A stretch of DNA of 63,984 nt, counting the filler, from Octopus bimaculoides (taxonomy: Eukaryota): the NCBI RefSeq assembly GCF_001194135.2. It is 7 parts of 7 records of this genome, joined end to end, with 100 filler letters (N's around TTAATTAATTAA, not from the genome) between each part and the next. Parts side by side here need not be neighbours in the genome. Positions count along the whole stretch, not along the records: positions 10,875 to 18,134 come from NC_068993.1; positions 18,235 to 30,727 come from NC_068986.1; 5 more parts are not named here. The stretch is one strand, 5' to 3'. A program made the translations under genes and the position numbers. Below the pieces are notes generated by a model. The model saw nothing but the letters and a program-made list of their open reading frames with translations, made no database searches and was not told the origin of the DNA. This document shows positions 11,967-25,900 of this stretch, in pieces; position 1 is the stretch's first letter; each line of letters begins with the position of its first letter.

Positions 11967-13651
11967 CTATGTAAATATATTTGTCTATATGTGTGTATAT
12001 ATATATTTACATTTTTAGACATTACTGAAGGCGCTGAAATTTCTCGACTACTTTCTGTATGTCTATTTGTAATGTGTGACTGACATCTTAGTCGAATAAT
12101 TTATGAGCTGATAGCGCCTATTCGGGAGGAAACACATGTTCACAGTTTTCCTATTGTTCTCAGAAAAATAGTCAATCTCCTTTTCTTAACTGGTATGTTA
12201 TGAAAATGTTTGGCCAGTGGCGTGCTTATAAAAACGAATAAATTATACGTAAGTATATGATATACTAAATGTAATGATTTTTTGATATACTAAAATTATC
12301 GTTCCTTCAAAGATGTCACTGGTAAATGTAAGTTATTGTACATACCTCAGTTAATTTAGGCCATGGATATTTCTTCCTCCATTGTTAATGTCTAATTATT
12401 TCACCCGCTGGATTCCGTGTAAGATATCATACGGCGAAATATAATGCACGCTAATGAAATGAAATTCATTAGAAATTATATATTAAAATTTAATAAATGT
12501 ATTGAATGGTAAAGCCGTCGATAATTGTAATGGATGATGCAGGATATGCACGTCTCCTCTTTAGATTAAATTGGGTGAAGATGCAGAAACAAGGAAAAAA
12601 ATGTTCAGAGATTTTGGAGTGACTCAAAGTGTCACATAAGATATCACTCCTCTACTATCAAACGAGTGCTAAGAACATAGTTTATGTATGGCACGTAACT
12701 GAATATGACGGGTGATTATATCATTTTTGATGCGTCTCTGGTAAAACAGTTGATCTATAAACTGAAACTGAATGGCTATTATCGTATTCAAAATTAGTTC
12801 TCAGCAGTGATTTAGGCATAAGTTCGTCTGGTGTTAGATTTATAGCACTTGGGAATATTTGATATTTGTTCGATGAGTCCATGTTGCTACAATGATAGAC
12901 AATTACTATATTGAACTGAATGTTATACACTGTATAGTACACAGTATTTAATTGTGTATTCCTAACTCCTACCAAAACAGATATAAATCGAAAAATATCA
13001 AAATGACTACCAGCCATATATGAAATAGAATAAAATAATCATGCTGCTCATCAGAAAGACTAAACTAATTTTAAAAAAAAATCCGATGAGCAGTTTCACA
13101 TAATTTAAGCTGGTGTGTAATTGATCTCATGTCAGTTAAACACAGTCCCATTCCTGATAGAGATGACCACCACAACGTATGAGTTTATAGATTTTGCAAA
13201 GGTAGCAGTAATGAAAATCACGGGAATAGAGTTAGTTACTGCAGCTGTTTGAGACAAATTTCCGCCTAAATAAGGATACGATTAAGTGTTGCGAAGTCTT
13301 ATGATTAAGATGCTGATTAACTTAAAATCGAAGTTATATGGCATTTGTCTTCAGGGAATTCATTGATATAGAAGATTTGTCAGAAAGTTTGTTGGAAAAT
13401 AATTAAAAGTTGGAACACAATTTACGCCAAATGATAGTGAAAGGAAAAGAGTGCGAATAACCTGTGCGATAGAAGTTAAGTAGAGAATCAGATATTATGC
13501 AAACCCACACTTCAATTGGGATGCTTCAGTGTTCACTAATTCTAGTTATCATAACATGGACGCTTATATATGTATGTGTGTGCGTGCGTGTGTATATACA
13601 TATATATTTATACATACATATATATATGTATATATGTACATACACACACAC

Positions 13652-13692
<41 letters not shown>

Positions 13693-14399
13693 NNNNNNNN
13701 NNNNNNNNNNNNNNNNNNNNNNNNNNNNNNNNNNNNNNNNNNNNNNNNNNNNNNNNNNNNNNNNNNNNNNNNNNNNNNNNNNNNNNNNNNNNNNNNNNNN
13801 NNNNNNNNNNNNNNNNNNNNNNNNNNNNNNNNNNNNNNNNNNNNNNNNNNNNNNNNNNNNNNNNNNNNNNNNNNNNNNNNNNNNNNNNNNNNNNNNNNNN
13901 NNNNNNNNNNNNNNNNNNNNNNNNNNNNNNNNNNNNNNNNNNNNNNNNNNNNNNNNNNNNNNNNNNNNNNNNNNNNNNNNNNNNNNNNNNNNNNNNNNNN
14001 NNNNNNNNNNNNNNNNNNNNNNNNNNNNNNNNNNNNNNNNNNNNNNNNNNNNNNNNNNNNNNNNNNNNNNNNNNNNNNNNNNNNNNNNNNNNNNNNNNNN
14101 NNNNNNNNNNNNNNNNNNNNNNNNNNNNNNNNNNNNNNNNNNNNNNNNNNNNNNNNNNNNNNNNNNNNNNNNNNNNNNNNNNNNNNNNNNNNNNNNNNNN
14201 NNNNNNNNNNNNNNNNNNNNNNNNNNNATATATATATATATACATACATACACACATACATAATATAAATATATGTATAAATATACATATAAGTGCGTCC
14301 ATACATGTATATAAATACAGGATATACGGGCTAAATATGATGAGTTTTATGTCTCCGTTTTACAGGAACAGCTTCATGTTTCGGTGAAGAGACAGGGGA

Positions 14400-14995
14400 G
14401 TTAAAGTGCATGTAAACTGAAGTTGTAGCTAAGGAAATGGAGAGCGGGATGCTATCTAAATATTGGAAGTGTTACCTGTATCATGATTATTCGCTCAGGG
14501 TATCAGAATTCCGACGTCATCACTGCGCTGCATTGGCCTGTGAACAGAGTTAACGCTGTAAGACGTGACATGGAAAGCTGCAACGGAGACTACGACGACA
14601 TGGTCAGCAGGAAGAGACACAGGAAGCGTTCTGTGTCCGTACGCCGGATTTATCTCAACACCTTTAGGTAGGGCCTTAGGCTCAATTAGATGGCTGTATG
14701 AAACTGCTGGAAATTGTGATCAATTACTGGCTGGAGATGGTTGATGCTTGAAGACTGCATGTGTGGCACCAGGATTAGTCTTCTTGCCATACTTCAAGAA
14801 AGAGTCAAAATTGGTTCCTGGAGAATTTCAACGTCTTAACCAGTCGCAATGTTTTGTCTCCTAATTACCACGATTGTAATCTCACGGATTACTATATGTA
14901 AGGGATTGTTGAACAAGACACCAACCTCTCTGCCTGCAACAACAAGGACGAGCAGTGGCCAAGTTTAAGGAGTTGTTTGAAGATATTTAGTGGGA
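14400..14995 (+). mobile_element. Tc1/mariner superfamily remnant, DD37D (maT)-like
   Basis: VWHQD*SSCHTSRKSQNWFLENF...LSPNYHDCNLTDYY corresponds to QQDSAPCH...WPPNSPDCNPxDY; HTH-like ORF at 14483-14671. Confidence 0.8.
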
Positions 14996-14997
14996 TA

Positions 14998-15066
14998 CAG
15001 CGAGGAACGTGTGTGCCAGCGAGGAACGCGTGTGCCAGCGAGGAACGCGTGTGCCAGCAAGAAACG

Positions 15067-15068
<2 letters not shown>
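14998..15068. repeat. 19-bp tandem repeat (GCCAGCGAGGAACGCGTGT) x~3.5
   Basis: Direct inspection; followed by (TG)n. Confidence 0.9.
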
Positions 15069-15102
<34 letters not shown>

Positions 15103-17082
15103 ACGTATACAAACACCTACAGATATACGTAACATATAACGTATGAGATATAATGACTCAGTACGCGTTACACAGAGTAGAGACTAAATATATTTACTTA
15201 GTTGAAGCTTGGAGATAACTACATCGCCACATACACCATTTATCACGCCGGTATTTCAGAACTGAAAAAGAACATAATTTTCCCTAAGAAGAAACAAACT
15301 CATTTGATATAGTATCAAAAATGGACGGTTACTTTAAAAACCATATCATTGTTTCCTATTGCGCTTCTTCAAACATGTGGTTTATAGAATGTAAAAAAAA
15401 AAAGCTTTTCCTACTGGAGGGTTTAAATGCACTTGAATTGCAAAAAAACAAAAAAAAAACAAAAAAACTACTAGATTAAAATTCAATTTCTTAGGTTTTC
15501 AATATTACTGAGGAAGGACCGTTTTATCGTATTTTCAAAATTTACTGGTACAGGATATATCTGAAGGTTTGACGTTTATATTTCATTGAATAGAGACAAG
15601 TTATATGGCTGGTGGTCTTAGTATCTTAAAAGTTTCCTTGGCTCATCATTTTAAGTAGCTGCTACAGGAGTAGAATGAAGCTGCCTTTACATACAGCAAT
15701 ACCCGAATTTATAGTGGCCTTACCGTCTCTAACTTTTACAACGAAGTATATTCTTAAAGGGACATGACTTACAATTATTTAATCAAGTAAAAGTGTGGGT
15801 GCGTTGCGAGCATTTCGAAAGTGATCTAAAATGTTATTAAAAAAACATCACCACGACCCTATACAATTAGATATAGGATTTGAAACTTCCAAGCATCGCC
15901 ACACATCATCTTCTGTATGTAATTCAGTGTGTCATGAACACTAATTCGCAGTGTGCCATAAACACTATTCCAAATCGAGCTTGACTGTACTCGTAGACAA
16001 TATATACGATACAAAAATAAGGCTAAATAAATCGTATACAAGATTTGTTTCTTTCGTAAAAGTAATAAAAGTAATAAATTGGGAAAGATAATCCCTATAT
16101 CTTCTACCGAAAGACATTTTCACGGACTTTATATATATAAAATTGACTGTGAATCTACGAATGTCAGTATCTTTCTGACTAAACGTCTTTACATTTATAT
16201 GAGCATATATATANNNNNNNNNNNNNNNNNNNNNNNNNNNNNNNNNNNNNNNNNNNNNNNNNNNNNNNNNNNNNNNNNNNNNNNNNNNNNNNNNNNNNNN
16301 NNNNNNNNNNNNNNNNNNNNNNNNNNNNNNNNNNNNNNNNNNNNNNNNNNNNNNNNNNNNNNNNNNNNNNNNNNNNNNNNNNNNNNNNNNNNNNNNNNNN
16401 NNNNNNNNNNNNNNNNNNNNNNNNNNNNNNNNNNNNNNNNNNNNNNNNNNNNNNNNNNNNNNNNNNNNNNNNNNNNNNNNNNNNNNNNNNNNNNNNNNNN
16501 NNNNNNNNNNNNNNNNNNNNNNNNNNNNNNNNNNNNNNNNNNNNNNNNNNNNNNNNNNNNNNNNNNNNNNNNNNNNNNNNNNNNNNNNNNNNNNNNNNNN
16601 NNNNNNNNNNNNNNNNNNNNNNNNNNNNNNNNNNNNNNNNNNNNNNNNNNNNNNNNNNNNNNNNNNNNNNNNNNNNNNNNNNNNNNNNNNNNNNNNNNNN
16701 NNNNNNNNNNNNNNNNNNNNNNNNNNNNNNNNNNNNNNNNNNNNNNNNNNNNNNNNNNNNNNNNNNNNNNNNNNNNNNNNNNNNNNNNNNNNNNNNNNNN
16801 NNNNNNNNNNNNNNNNNNNNNNNNNNNNNNNNNNNNNNNNNNNNNNNNNNNNNNNNNNNNNNNNNNNNNNNNNNNNNNNNNNNNNNNNNNNNNNNNNNNN
16901 NNNNNNNNNNNNNNNNNNNNNNNNNNNNNNNNNNNNNNNNNNNNNNNNNNNNNNNNNNNNNNNNNNNNNNNNNNNNNNNNNNNNNNNNNNNNNNNNNNNN
17001 NNNNNNNNNNNNNNNNNNNNNNNNNNNNNNNNNNNNNNNNNNNNNNNNNNNNNNNNNNNNNNNNNNNNNNNNNNNNNNNNNN

Positions 17083-17113
<31 letters not shown>

Positions 17114-17161
17114 GTATGTATATATATATATGTATATGTGTACATATATATACATATATAT

Positions 17162-17212
<51 letters not shown>

Positions 17213-17673
17213 CATATATACATATATACACACACACGTATATATATATGTTTATCTTTTTGTCTATATAATTAGACGACAGTGGTTTTTGTGTGTGTAG
17301 ATACATATCTTAAAAGGGAAGAAGTATTCAGGTCGTGTCTACTTTGAAAAAAATATATAAACTTTATAATTTTGAAACATATCTCTGTGCCATCAGGCAA
17401 GAAATACGTACGACAAAGGCAAATATCAACAAGTACGTACAAAGGCAAACCTTAAGTTTTACTAACAATTCAAGCACATATGCATCTCTTTAAAAATGTC
17501 GAATGGAATACGAGATTAAAATTTAGGCACGGATTCGAATTTTCTATTACTCTCTGTACGACATTCAATCAAATCATATTTTCTGTGATAGCGTATTCAC
17601 ATGTGACTTATTGGCCGTGAATTCACAGTACGTAATGTGATAACGGAAGGTAAGATATATATGTAATATGTAA

Positions 17674-17710
<37 letters not shown>

Positions 17711-17714
<4 letters not shown>

Positions 17715-17930
17715 TGTAGTATATTGTCAACTTAATGAGACAATCCGAATAAGGGAATACACTACTGCCGTTTAGCCCTAGGAAGCTGGACCGCTTCCTG
17801 TCGGCCTTGACACAATTACTGTGTCCTTAAGTTTGTGAAGGGGAGACAAGCTCCCCCACCCAGCCTAGCCAGCATTCAGGGACATGTTTCTGAGTCTTTG
17901 CTCGTCATCAGCCTGAAGTAGCTTGCTAAT
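17711..17930. mobile_element. Penelope-like terminal repeat fragment next to (TA)n
   Basis: Begins at a (TA)n tract and contains a minus-strand hammerhead; its start resembles the 46158 palindrome arm (agtatatt..acttaa..taaggg..cta). Confidence 0.6.
17875..17917 (-). ncRNA. Minimal type-I hammerhead ribozyme motif
   Basis: Minus strand reads TTCAGG CTGATGA cGAGcaaagaCTCa GAA ACATGT C CCTGAA: 6-bp stem I, palindromic stem III ACATGT, GUC cleavage triplet. Confidence 0.75.
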
Positions 17931-18234
17931 TCTCTTTATTACGATAATAAAATATCATACATAGATGGGACAATACAGGACACTACAAACATTTAAGAAT
18001 TGTCATTTAGTGAGTCTTTTTAGCTTTTTTTAAAAAAAAATATACGTTTAAAAATATATATATTTAAAAATTTTTCTACAAAACTTGGAATATTTTCAAT
18101 GGTTTACACCTAATTCCAGGGTACACCAGTCTACNNNNNNNNNNNNNNNNNNNNNNNNNNNNNNNNNNNNNNNNNNNNTTAATTAATTAANNNNNNNNNN
18201 NNNNNNNNNNNNNNNNNNNNNNNNNNNNNNNNNN

Positions 18235-18546
18235 CACGTGTGTTTACGATCGCTGTGCGGGTAGTGGAGGTATCAAGTTAAAATACATCATTATATTTGT
18301 AAAAATAGAGATAAATTTCAATGAGTATTACTTACTCGGATATAGTCCAACCCTTTGTCAGCTATTTTTTGTATATGGTGTTTGGGTTTGGGGATGGTCT
18401 GTATTTTGATGTAACACGTGTGTTTACGATCGCTGTTCGGGTAGTGGAGGTATCAAGTTAAAATACATCATTATATTTGGAAAAATAGGAATAAATTTCA
18501 ATGAGTATTACTTACTCGGGTATAGTCCAACCCTTTGTCAGCTATA
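18235..18546. repeat. Direct duplication, period 180 bp (18235-18366 and 18415-18546)
   Basis: Two ~130-bp copies starting cacgtgtgtttacgatcgctg, with several substitutions. Confidence 0.9.
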
Positions 18547-18634
18547 TTTGGGCTCCATGCGATGTCTTTATTTCCGATGTTTTTGGATAAGTTTCGGAGC
18601 AGTGATTTATCGTACTCACATGTTAAACTTCCCC

Positions 18635-18668
<34 letters not shown>

Positions 18669-20130
18669 GTTGCTACTGTTACTGTTATTAATAGGTTATT
18701 GTTTTCGGGTTTTTTTTGTTTATAACCGATTTTGTGTAAACCTTGCTAGCTTTAAAATTTATTATACATATCCCTTCATCTGTCGTCTTTGTGGTTGTCA
18801 AAGGAATTGTCAAGGTTTTTGTTGTTGTTCTTGTTGTTTATGATGACGATTTTGTTGCTATTGCTGTTGTTGTATGCTTCGATTATCCCAGCTTTCAATG
18901 TATTCTGCTGTTGTTTCTGTTTAAAATAACGTAATTTTTTGTTATCAAACCGTTTTTTAAACGTCAACAAGTATTTTTTTCAGTTTATTCTACTTTTCCA
19001 GTCTATTTGTTTGTTTATGTCAATAAGACATCTCTGCTGCCATTTCAAAATCCTAACAGCTTCTACTTCTTTTGACATGTATTGTAATGTATTTTGCAAT
19101 AGCTAATAATCCGCCATTGTTGTGTCAGCAGCACTATAGAGGAAAACGATGTTAGCAACCCAGTTTTATTCTTCGCTTTAACCATTCTTCTGTACGCTTT
19201 TGTTATAGCTAGCTGAGGGGAGAAAGGACATCGTCCGTGACATTTTGCGATGACTCCGGGACTTGTGAGAAAGCGGCGAAGAAGAAACCATGGATAAGAG
19301 TATTGCAAGTGATTGAGGCAAGAAGCAGCTGCATCATGATATTGAGTCACCATCTGAATGGAGACCTTCCCTCTAATGCTTATACCAAACTTGACTCAGT
19401 TAAAGATATCTAAGGGTTAAGAGGTGGCTTGAAACCTTTTGACGGATTAAGTCTACTTCCTAAGATCACCACAAATTGCTACAGTTCATACTAAGGGTTT
19501 CCATACAATTTCAGTCTACCTGATTGCAGTCAAAATGTTTGGTAGACCCGAGCCTATGATGAAGACTCTTGCTTAAGGTACTTTTGCTCGATGAAAATGA
19601 ACTTCAAACTATATTATTGCAAAACAAACTTCTTAACCATGCAGTCATTACTTCTTAAGTTGTTAATGATTTTGTTATATATATATNNNNNNNNNNNNNN
19701 NNNNNNNNNNNNNNNNNNNNNNNNNNNNNNNNNNNNNNNNNNNNNNNNNNNNNNNNNNNNNNNNNNNNNNNNNNNNNNNNNNNNNNNNNNNNNNNNNNNN
19801 NNNNNNNNNNNNNNNNNNNNNNNNNNNNNNNNNNNNNNNNNNNNNNNNNNNNNNNNNNNNNNNNNNNNNNNNNNNNNNNNNNNNNNCATATATATGTGGG
19901 GGGCATATCGTATAAGCTCATACTTGTCATAAACTGTATGCGTCCTGATTATGTAAGAAATTAATTAGAACTTCTGGTAGTTGTCAGGTTATCAATTTAT
20001 CACAATCTCGATACACCGTTTCATCTTTGTATACCAGTGAAACGCAAAGAGTATACTATCGCTCTCAGCACAATGAAGGACTCTGGGGAAGAATCGCTAT
20101 ACGAAGATGCGCTGAAAGGTGCCTGGTTTT

Positions 20131-20186
20131 AAGGCCTGGTTGGAAGGCCTGGTTGGAAGGCCTGGTTGGAAGGCCTGGTTGGAGGG
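20131..20186. repeat. 13-bp tandem repeat (AAGGCCTGGTTGG) x4
   Basis: Direct inspection. Confidence 0.9.
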
Positions 20187-20189
20187 CCA

Positions 20190-20345
20190 ACCTTATGAGT
20201 TCTTTAACAAGACTACGAAAACCTGAAGGACTGCTGCAATAAGTGTGTGACTCTGAGAGGGGGATATGTTGAATAAAATCATAATTAACTGATTATCTTG
20301 TATTTTCTCTTACTTAAAGCCAGGAACTTTTAGCACCCCCTCGTA
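20190..20345 (+). mobile_element. Mariner 3' end remnant
   Basis: CCNKCVTLRGGYVE* (mariner C-terminal W.KC....GxYVE) followed by TIR-like aacttttagcaccccctcgTA. Confidence 0.55.
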
Positions 20346-21096
20346 GCTATAACACTTTGCAGGGTCTCCATAGCTGGTAAAAAAAAAAGAATGAAATTAT
20401 ACTCAGACAAGAGATCTAGTTCGAATGCTTGCAATAACAAGATTAACAAGGAATATGGTGGTGTTAAACCGGAAGACGGATTAAACTTACTATTTAAAAA
20501 TGGGAACAGTCCCTCTGAGAAGTTTGTACACAATATTCATCAACCAAATTTCAGGTACAAGGTTTTTGATTAATTCCAACAGACCTCTAAGTTGATAATG
20601 CATTTGTTTTTACATGTATGGAATTTTCTTTGTTATACTTTAGTGTTGTGTGAGTATATTTTTGTGTAATGTGATAGGCTAGTGTTCACTGGAGACAAGT
20701 TAAGCAAGTAGACGTAAGTCTAAAAGGTTTGTAGAATTATAGGTACTGCACTCTTTCCCTCTACCAGAACGCCATCTTTCAGCTAGATAATACAGTAAGT
20801 TAACAAAGCACTCACTAATTGTAATCAGTCCTACAAAAGTGGAAAAGGTACTACCAAAATGAATAAGTATAACGAGACAGAATTTAATAACAGAAGTGGC
20901 CATTGCTTTCAGCAAGGTTCCAAATGGTACCTAGCGATTATGTTACCTTCTCTGAAAGTGGAGGTAATTCCAATAAATCAATAATTCATATTGTATACTA
21001 TTTAACATATCTTTTGTTTTACACTCTCCCCACACACACATACACACACACACAAACACATTCGCTCACACATACAGACACACAAATACATGTAGA

Positions 21097-21181
21097 TAGA
21101 TAGATAGATAGATACATACATACATACATACATACATACATACATACATACATACATACATACATACATACATACATACAT
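21097..21181. repeat. (GATA)n(TACA)n microsatellite
   Basis: Direct inspection. Confidence 0.95.
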
Positions 21182-21711
21182 TTTCAAGTAATGTTCGGGC
21201 ATTTTATGGAAAAACACAAATCAGCAACGTGAATATTTTGGCACACTTTACAAATGTGTAAGGTTTTTATGTATTTATTTTCGATAAAGTAGAAATTACT
21301 GTAAAATGGTTTAGTTCATTTACTTAGTCATTCCAGAACCTCGTCTCTATTCTTGGTTTTGTTCTGTGGTACTACGATGAAGGGATTATCAGTGTTTCTA
21401 ACTTTTGAAGTACCAGCATAAAGCTGATCATATGAAAAGGCAGGATCAGTTCAACAATTTTCGACGTTTACCCTTAAGATATGTTGTCTCGATCAAAGTG
21501 AAACTGAACTTGAAAGGAAACTGAGTTCTTCGAAATCCAAATAGCAAGCAAGATGACTTCAACAATATTCTTAGCTTGAAATAATTGCCACCAGCAAGTT
21601 TTCCTGACATAACTGTGATCTCCATAATATTAAGCACAATTTTGGCGATGAGATAGTGAGGTAAATTTTGGAAGAATTCAAATTAGAAAATAGTACAACC
21701 GATGTTCTAAG

Positions 21712-21990
21712 CTTAAGCCGTGGCACCTTTGGCAAGTGTCTTCTTTTATAGCTTTTGGCTGGCCAAAGCTTTGTGAGTGGATTCGGTAGGTAGAAATTGA
21801 AAGAAGCTCTAATGTGTGTGGGGGGGGGTGCATTTGTGCCTGTCTTTGTTCCCCACACCTATTGACAACACGTGTTGGTTTGTTTACATCCACATACCAG
21901 CCTTTTTAAAAAAGTACTGGTGTCGATTCGTTCGACTAAAATTCTTTAAGGTAGTACCACAGCATGGACATTGTCTAATGACTGAAATAA
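21712..21990 (+). mobile_element. SINE family A, 5'-truncated, diverged
   Basis: gtggcacctttggcaagtgtcttc...ttgtgagtggattcggtagg...tactggtgtcgattcgttcgact...cagcatgg. Confidence 0.8.
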
Positions 21991-22149
21991 GTAGAAAAAG
22001 TATAAAGGTAATCCAGGGCTTGAATATTGTAGTTTGTCTTCTGAAAAAGTTCCTGTGTTACCGAAATTTCTTCATTTTTCATTGACTTCGAACAGTTAAT
22101 CAATGAGATATTTATTCACAAGAAACTTGATTATAGATGTCAGAGTAAA

Positions 22150-22500
22150 ATTCTACGCACATATTGACAAACTTGATTCCTTCGTGCATGTAAGACGGTT
22201 TGTCTGGGCAACTTAACGATATTACGACTGGCTGAGCAATATTTCTTGGGTCACAATAAGAAGTGATGGCATCTCGAATGAGAATATAGCCCTTTGTTTT
22301 TTACTTCTTCACAAGAAAACCAACCTTTCTGACTCGATCTTAGCATACAAGTCCTTTACGAACTTCATTGAATCGCAGAACGAGTATGAATTGATTTCGT
22401 ACCATGAAATGAAAAGCGTAGACTTCTTTGCAACTGATTGATTTGGCCATTTGGCCATTTTCCGGGCAGGAGTTATAATCTTGTAAAAATAAGTCACTTG
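22150..22500 (-). mobile_element. Possible highly decayed Penelope RT fragment
   Basis: YSFCDSMKFVKDL and FSFEMPSLL loosely resemble PLE motifs (xDSxxF; SFDVxSLFT). Confidence 0.25.
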
Positions 22501-23342
22501 TCTTTTCTACTCAGGATACTGATAGGCATGATAAGCCAAGATTATCGATTACGCATGAATAATTTTCTCCTCTGTAGTGTATCATATTTGTTGTCATAGC
22601 AAAATGAACTTACTTCAGCTTCTACATTTGAATGAATGAGTAAGCTGTGTGTATCAGGTTTTGAGGTAGTTTTCTTTAACTTAATATATGCCGTTTCTGT
22701 AACTTCTGCTAATGCAACATCAATTCAATACATGAGCCTTTTTCACAGGCATTTTCTGTAAAAGGAACACTATATTGTGTTCCGAAGGTTGCATTTAATT
22801 TGAAACAGTGGTGTAATGTTGCTGTTTATTGTTTTAGTTTGCTTCAAGACATGTGAGCGTTTAACATCCAAACAGTGGTTCCTAACGTTTATCGAATTTT
22901 TATTAAATATTTAATATGTATATGAAGCGATGAGGTGTTTGCATAATTATACACACCACGTGTATCTTTTTGTTCATTAGACAGGCAAAAATTTGTGTGT
23001 GTGTATAAACAGAGAAAGAAAGAGCTAGGTAGAATGTACTAGATAAAGACATGAATGTGTATCTACATATTTATGTATATACGTATGTGTGTGTCTGTGC
23101 GTGTTTGTATATTGTGAAAGTGTAAATTTTGTGAGTGAAGTCAATAAGGCGGATTAATCAATAGAGACAAATATACTTGTGTTATATTTGCCTATATCAA
23201 ATATATTTGACAAACCGATGAGTAAGAAAAAGCAAATAAAAACGAATATTCTTACATTGAATACCAATAAATATATATTTATATGTTGGAGAGGTTCATA
23301 CGCATGTAAATATGGACGAAATGCAGATGAATATAAATGGTG

Positions 23343-23343
<1 letters not shown>

Positions 23344-23383
<40 letters not shown>

Positions 23384-23385
23384 TG

Positions 23386-23457
<72 letters not shown>
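23344..23457. repeat. (AAT)n microsatellite, followed by (GA)/(GT)/(ATAG)/(AT) tracts to ~24045
   Basis: Direct inspection; explains the poly-I/L/N ORFs. Confidence 0.95.
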
Positions 23458-23458
<1 letters not shown>

Positions 23459-23531
23459 ACACGTATGTATCACTTGTATGTATTATTTACTTCTGTCTCT
23501 CATTTTTTCTTTCTGTATATGAGAGAGAGAG

Positions 23532-23577
<46 letters not shown>

Positions 23578-23684
23578 TGTGTGCGTGTATGCTTGGATAT
23601 ATACAAATATATATACGCACACATATATATAAGTAGACATATATACATATACAGATAAATAGACAGATAGATAGATAGATAGAG

Positions 23685-23724
<40 letters not shown>

Positions 23725-23780
23725 NNNNNNNNNNNNNNNNNNNNNNNNNNNNNNNNNNNNNNNNNNNNNNNNNNNNNNNN

Positions 23781-23830
<50 letters not shown>

Positions 23831-23884
23831 CATATATGTATATATACAAATATATACACGTGTATGTATGTGTAGTGAATAAGC

Positions 23885-23966
<82 letters not shown>

Positions 23967-24559
23967 GCATACACATTTATATGTATGTATTAATGTATGT
24001 ATGTTCATACGCACGTATGAATGTATGTATGTATGTATGTATGTATATGGCCGCTCTGCCATTTGTAATTAACTAGACTATCTATTCCCCTACTCTAGAG
24101 CCAGCCAATATGTATGCAAGGTTCTTTCTTTCTATCCATCTGCAATATTTACCTATTGAAGAAATTCTGACAAAATATCGCGACCTTTTCAGCATCGAGA
24201 ACTGTATTCCAGATCAGATACTTCTCTTGTCATTTGGTAAATACATAACGTAACCTTCCCTTAATCTAATGCATAAATCTGAAGTATACTGAAGTATATC
24301 TGAATAAGAGTGCTTAATGGGAAAATCCTTTCACGTCTTTCATTTGGAGCAGGTATTAGTTTTGAGTTTTGTCATCGGTATTGTTGAATCGTTTGCTTGT
24401 TATTTGCTCTTGTCCTTCGTTTTTCTTCTTCCTTTACTTCGTACTATTATTATTATCACCATGATCACCACCATCATCACCATCATTATCCCTATTATTG
24501 TCGTCGTCGTTGTTGATGTTGTTGTTAAAGTGACGATTGGCAGATTCGTGAGAGCATCG

Positions 24560-24750
24560 ACAAAAAATGATCTATGGTATTTATTCCGGCTTTTTTTACG
24601 TTCTAAATTCAAATCGCGCCGAGTTTGACTTTGCCTGTCATTCTTTCAGGTTTGATAAAATAAGCGGCAGCTGAACACTGGGACTGATATGATCGATTAG
24701 GCTTCGTACAGCAAATTTCAGGTTTTGTGCCTTTAGTTGAAAGAAAATTT

Positions 24751-24807
<57 letters not shown>

Positions 24808-24905
24808 TACTACTACTATTATTATTATTATTATTATTAAGGCGGCGAGCTGGGAGAATCGTTAGCACGCCGCGCGAAATGCTTGAGAGGGAGTCGCCTT
24901 GAAAG
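24560..24905 (+). mobile_element. SINE family B fragments (diverged body 24560-24730; head 24841-24905) around (TAC)n
   Basis: ttctaaattcaaatcgcgccgagtttgactttgcc...gataaaataag; head ggcggcgagctgggagaatcgttagcacgccgcgcgaaatgctt. Confidence 0.7.
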
Positions 24906-25152
24906 ATGCTTCGTTTGATGTTGACGTTGTTAGATTGGTTCATCCCATTACTATTGCGGCCATGCTACCTTTGGTAGAATTTGGAGTTGGCAGGAGAGAT
25001 CTTATATACCTGAAGGGCCTCGAGTAGCCAGTTATGTGAGACACTATCAAACGCTTGCCTGTAGTCGATCCATGCCATACTCAGGTTCTTTTTGTTCCGG
25101 CACAAGCTTTTTGTACCTCCCCACAAGTTGCCCTAGGGGCAAAAATTTGGAA

Positions 25153-25192
<40 letters not shown>

Positions 25193-25769
25193 GAGTAGCA
25201 CTGTTCATGATACTCACTTTAAATGGCTCACGTTGGCTATGTATTTCTTGGTTTTACGTAATTTTTTAGAATAATACTATCGTCCACGTTACATGCCTAA
25301 CCAACCCCGATACGCTGCTCTCCCAGGATAGAAAGCTATTACGTAAACCCCAGCGATTTTTGACACTTGTATATAACCGTTTCTGTTATTTTTGTTGTTG
25401 TTTTCCATCACTATATCCGTCTGTATTGTCTCGGGATGTGGTGTAAAACATTACAGAGTCAAAGCAGCGTGTAGGTTACTTCATAGTGGACATCATCTGT
25501 GCACCACAGAGGAATATGCATCTGTATGTATGACAATCAATATTTTCAAAATACATCCCAATAGATATGTTTCTAGAATTTTGATAATTCGCAAGAAATT
25601 TGGCGATTCTTGAATATGGAACATTTTTTTTACTTTTGTCCTTCTGCACTTTTTCTTTTTTTTTTTGAGAGAGAGAGACATGCCCGTGAAAAACTTATTT
25701 GTCCTAGGTTTGAAACATTTCACATTATTGTTCATTTTTGTTGTTTTTGTTGCTGTTGTTGGTAAGCAA

Positions 25770-25866
25770 CTTTTGGGTTCAGTCCCACTGCATGGCATGG
25801 CACAGCGTCGGTCTGACCAAAGCATTGTGAGTGGATTTGGTAGACGGGAACAGAAAGAAACCCGTC

Positions 25867-25870
<4 letters not shown>
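25770..25870 (+). mobile_element. SINE family A fragment
   Basis: ggttcagtcccactgc...ttgtgagtggatttggtagacgg. Confidence 0.8.

Positions 25871-25900
<30 letters not shown>

Noticed and set aside
12740-12900. PLE thumb-like peptide (..SVSVYRST) on the minus strand
   Set aside because: The similarity is too weak to call by eye.
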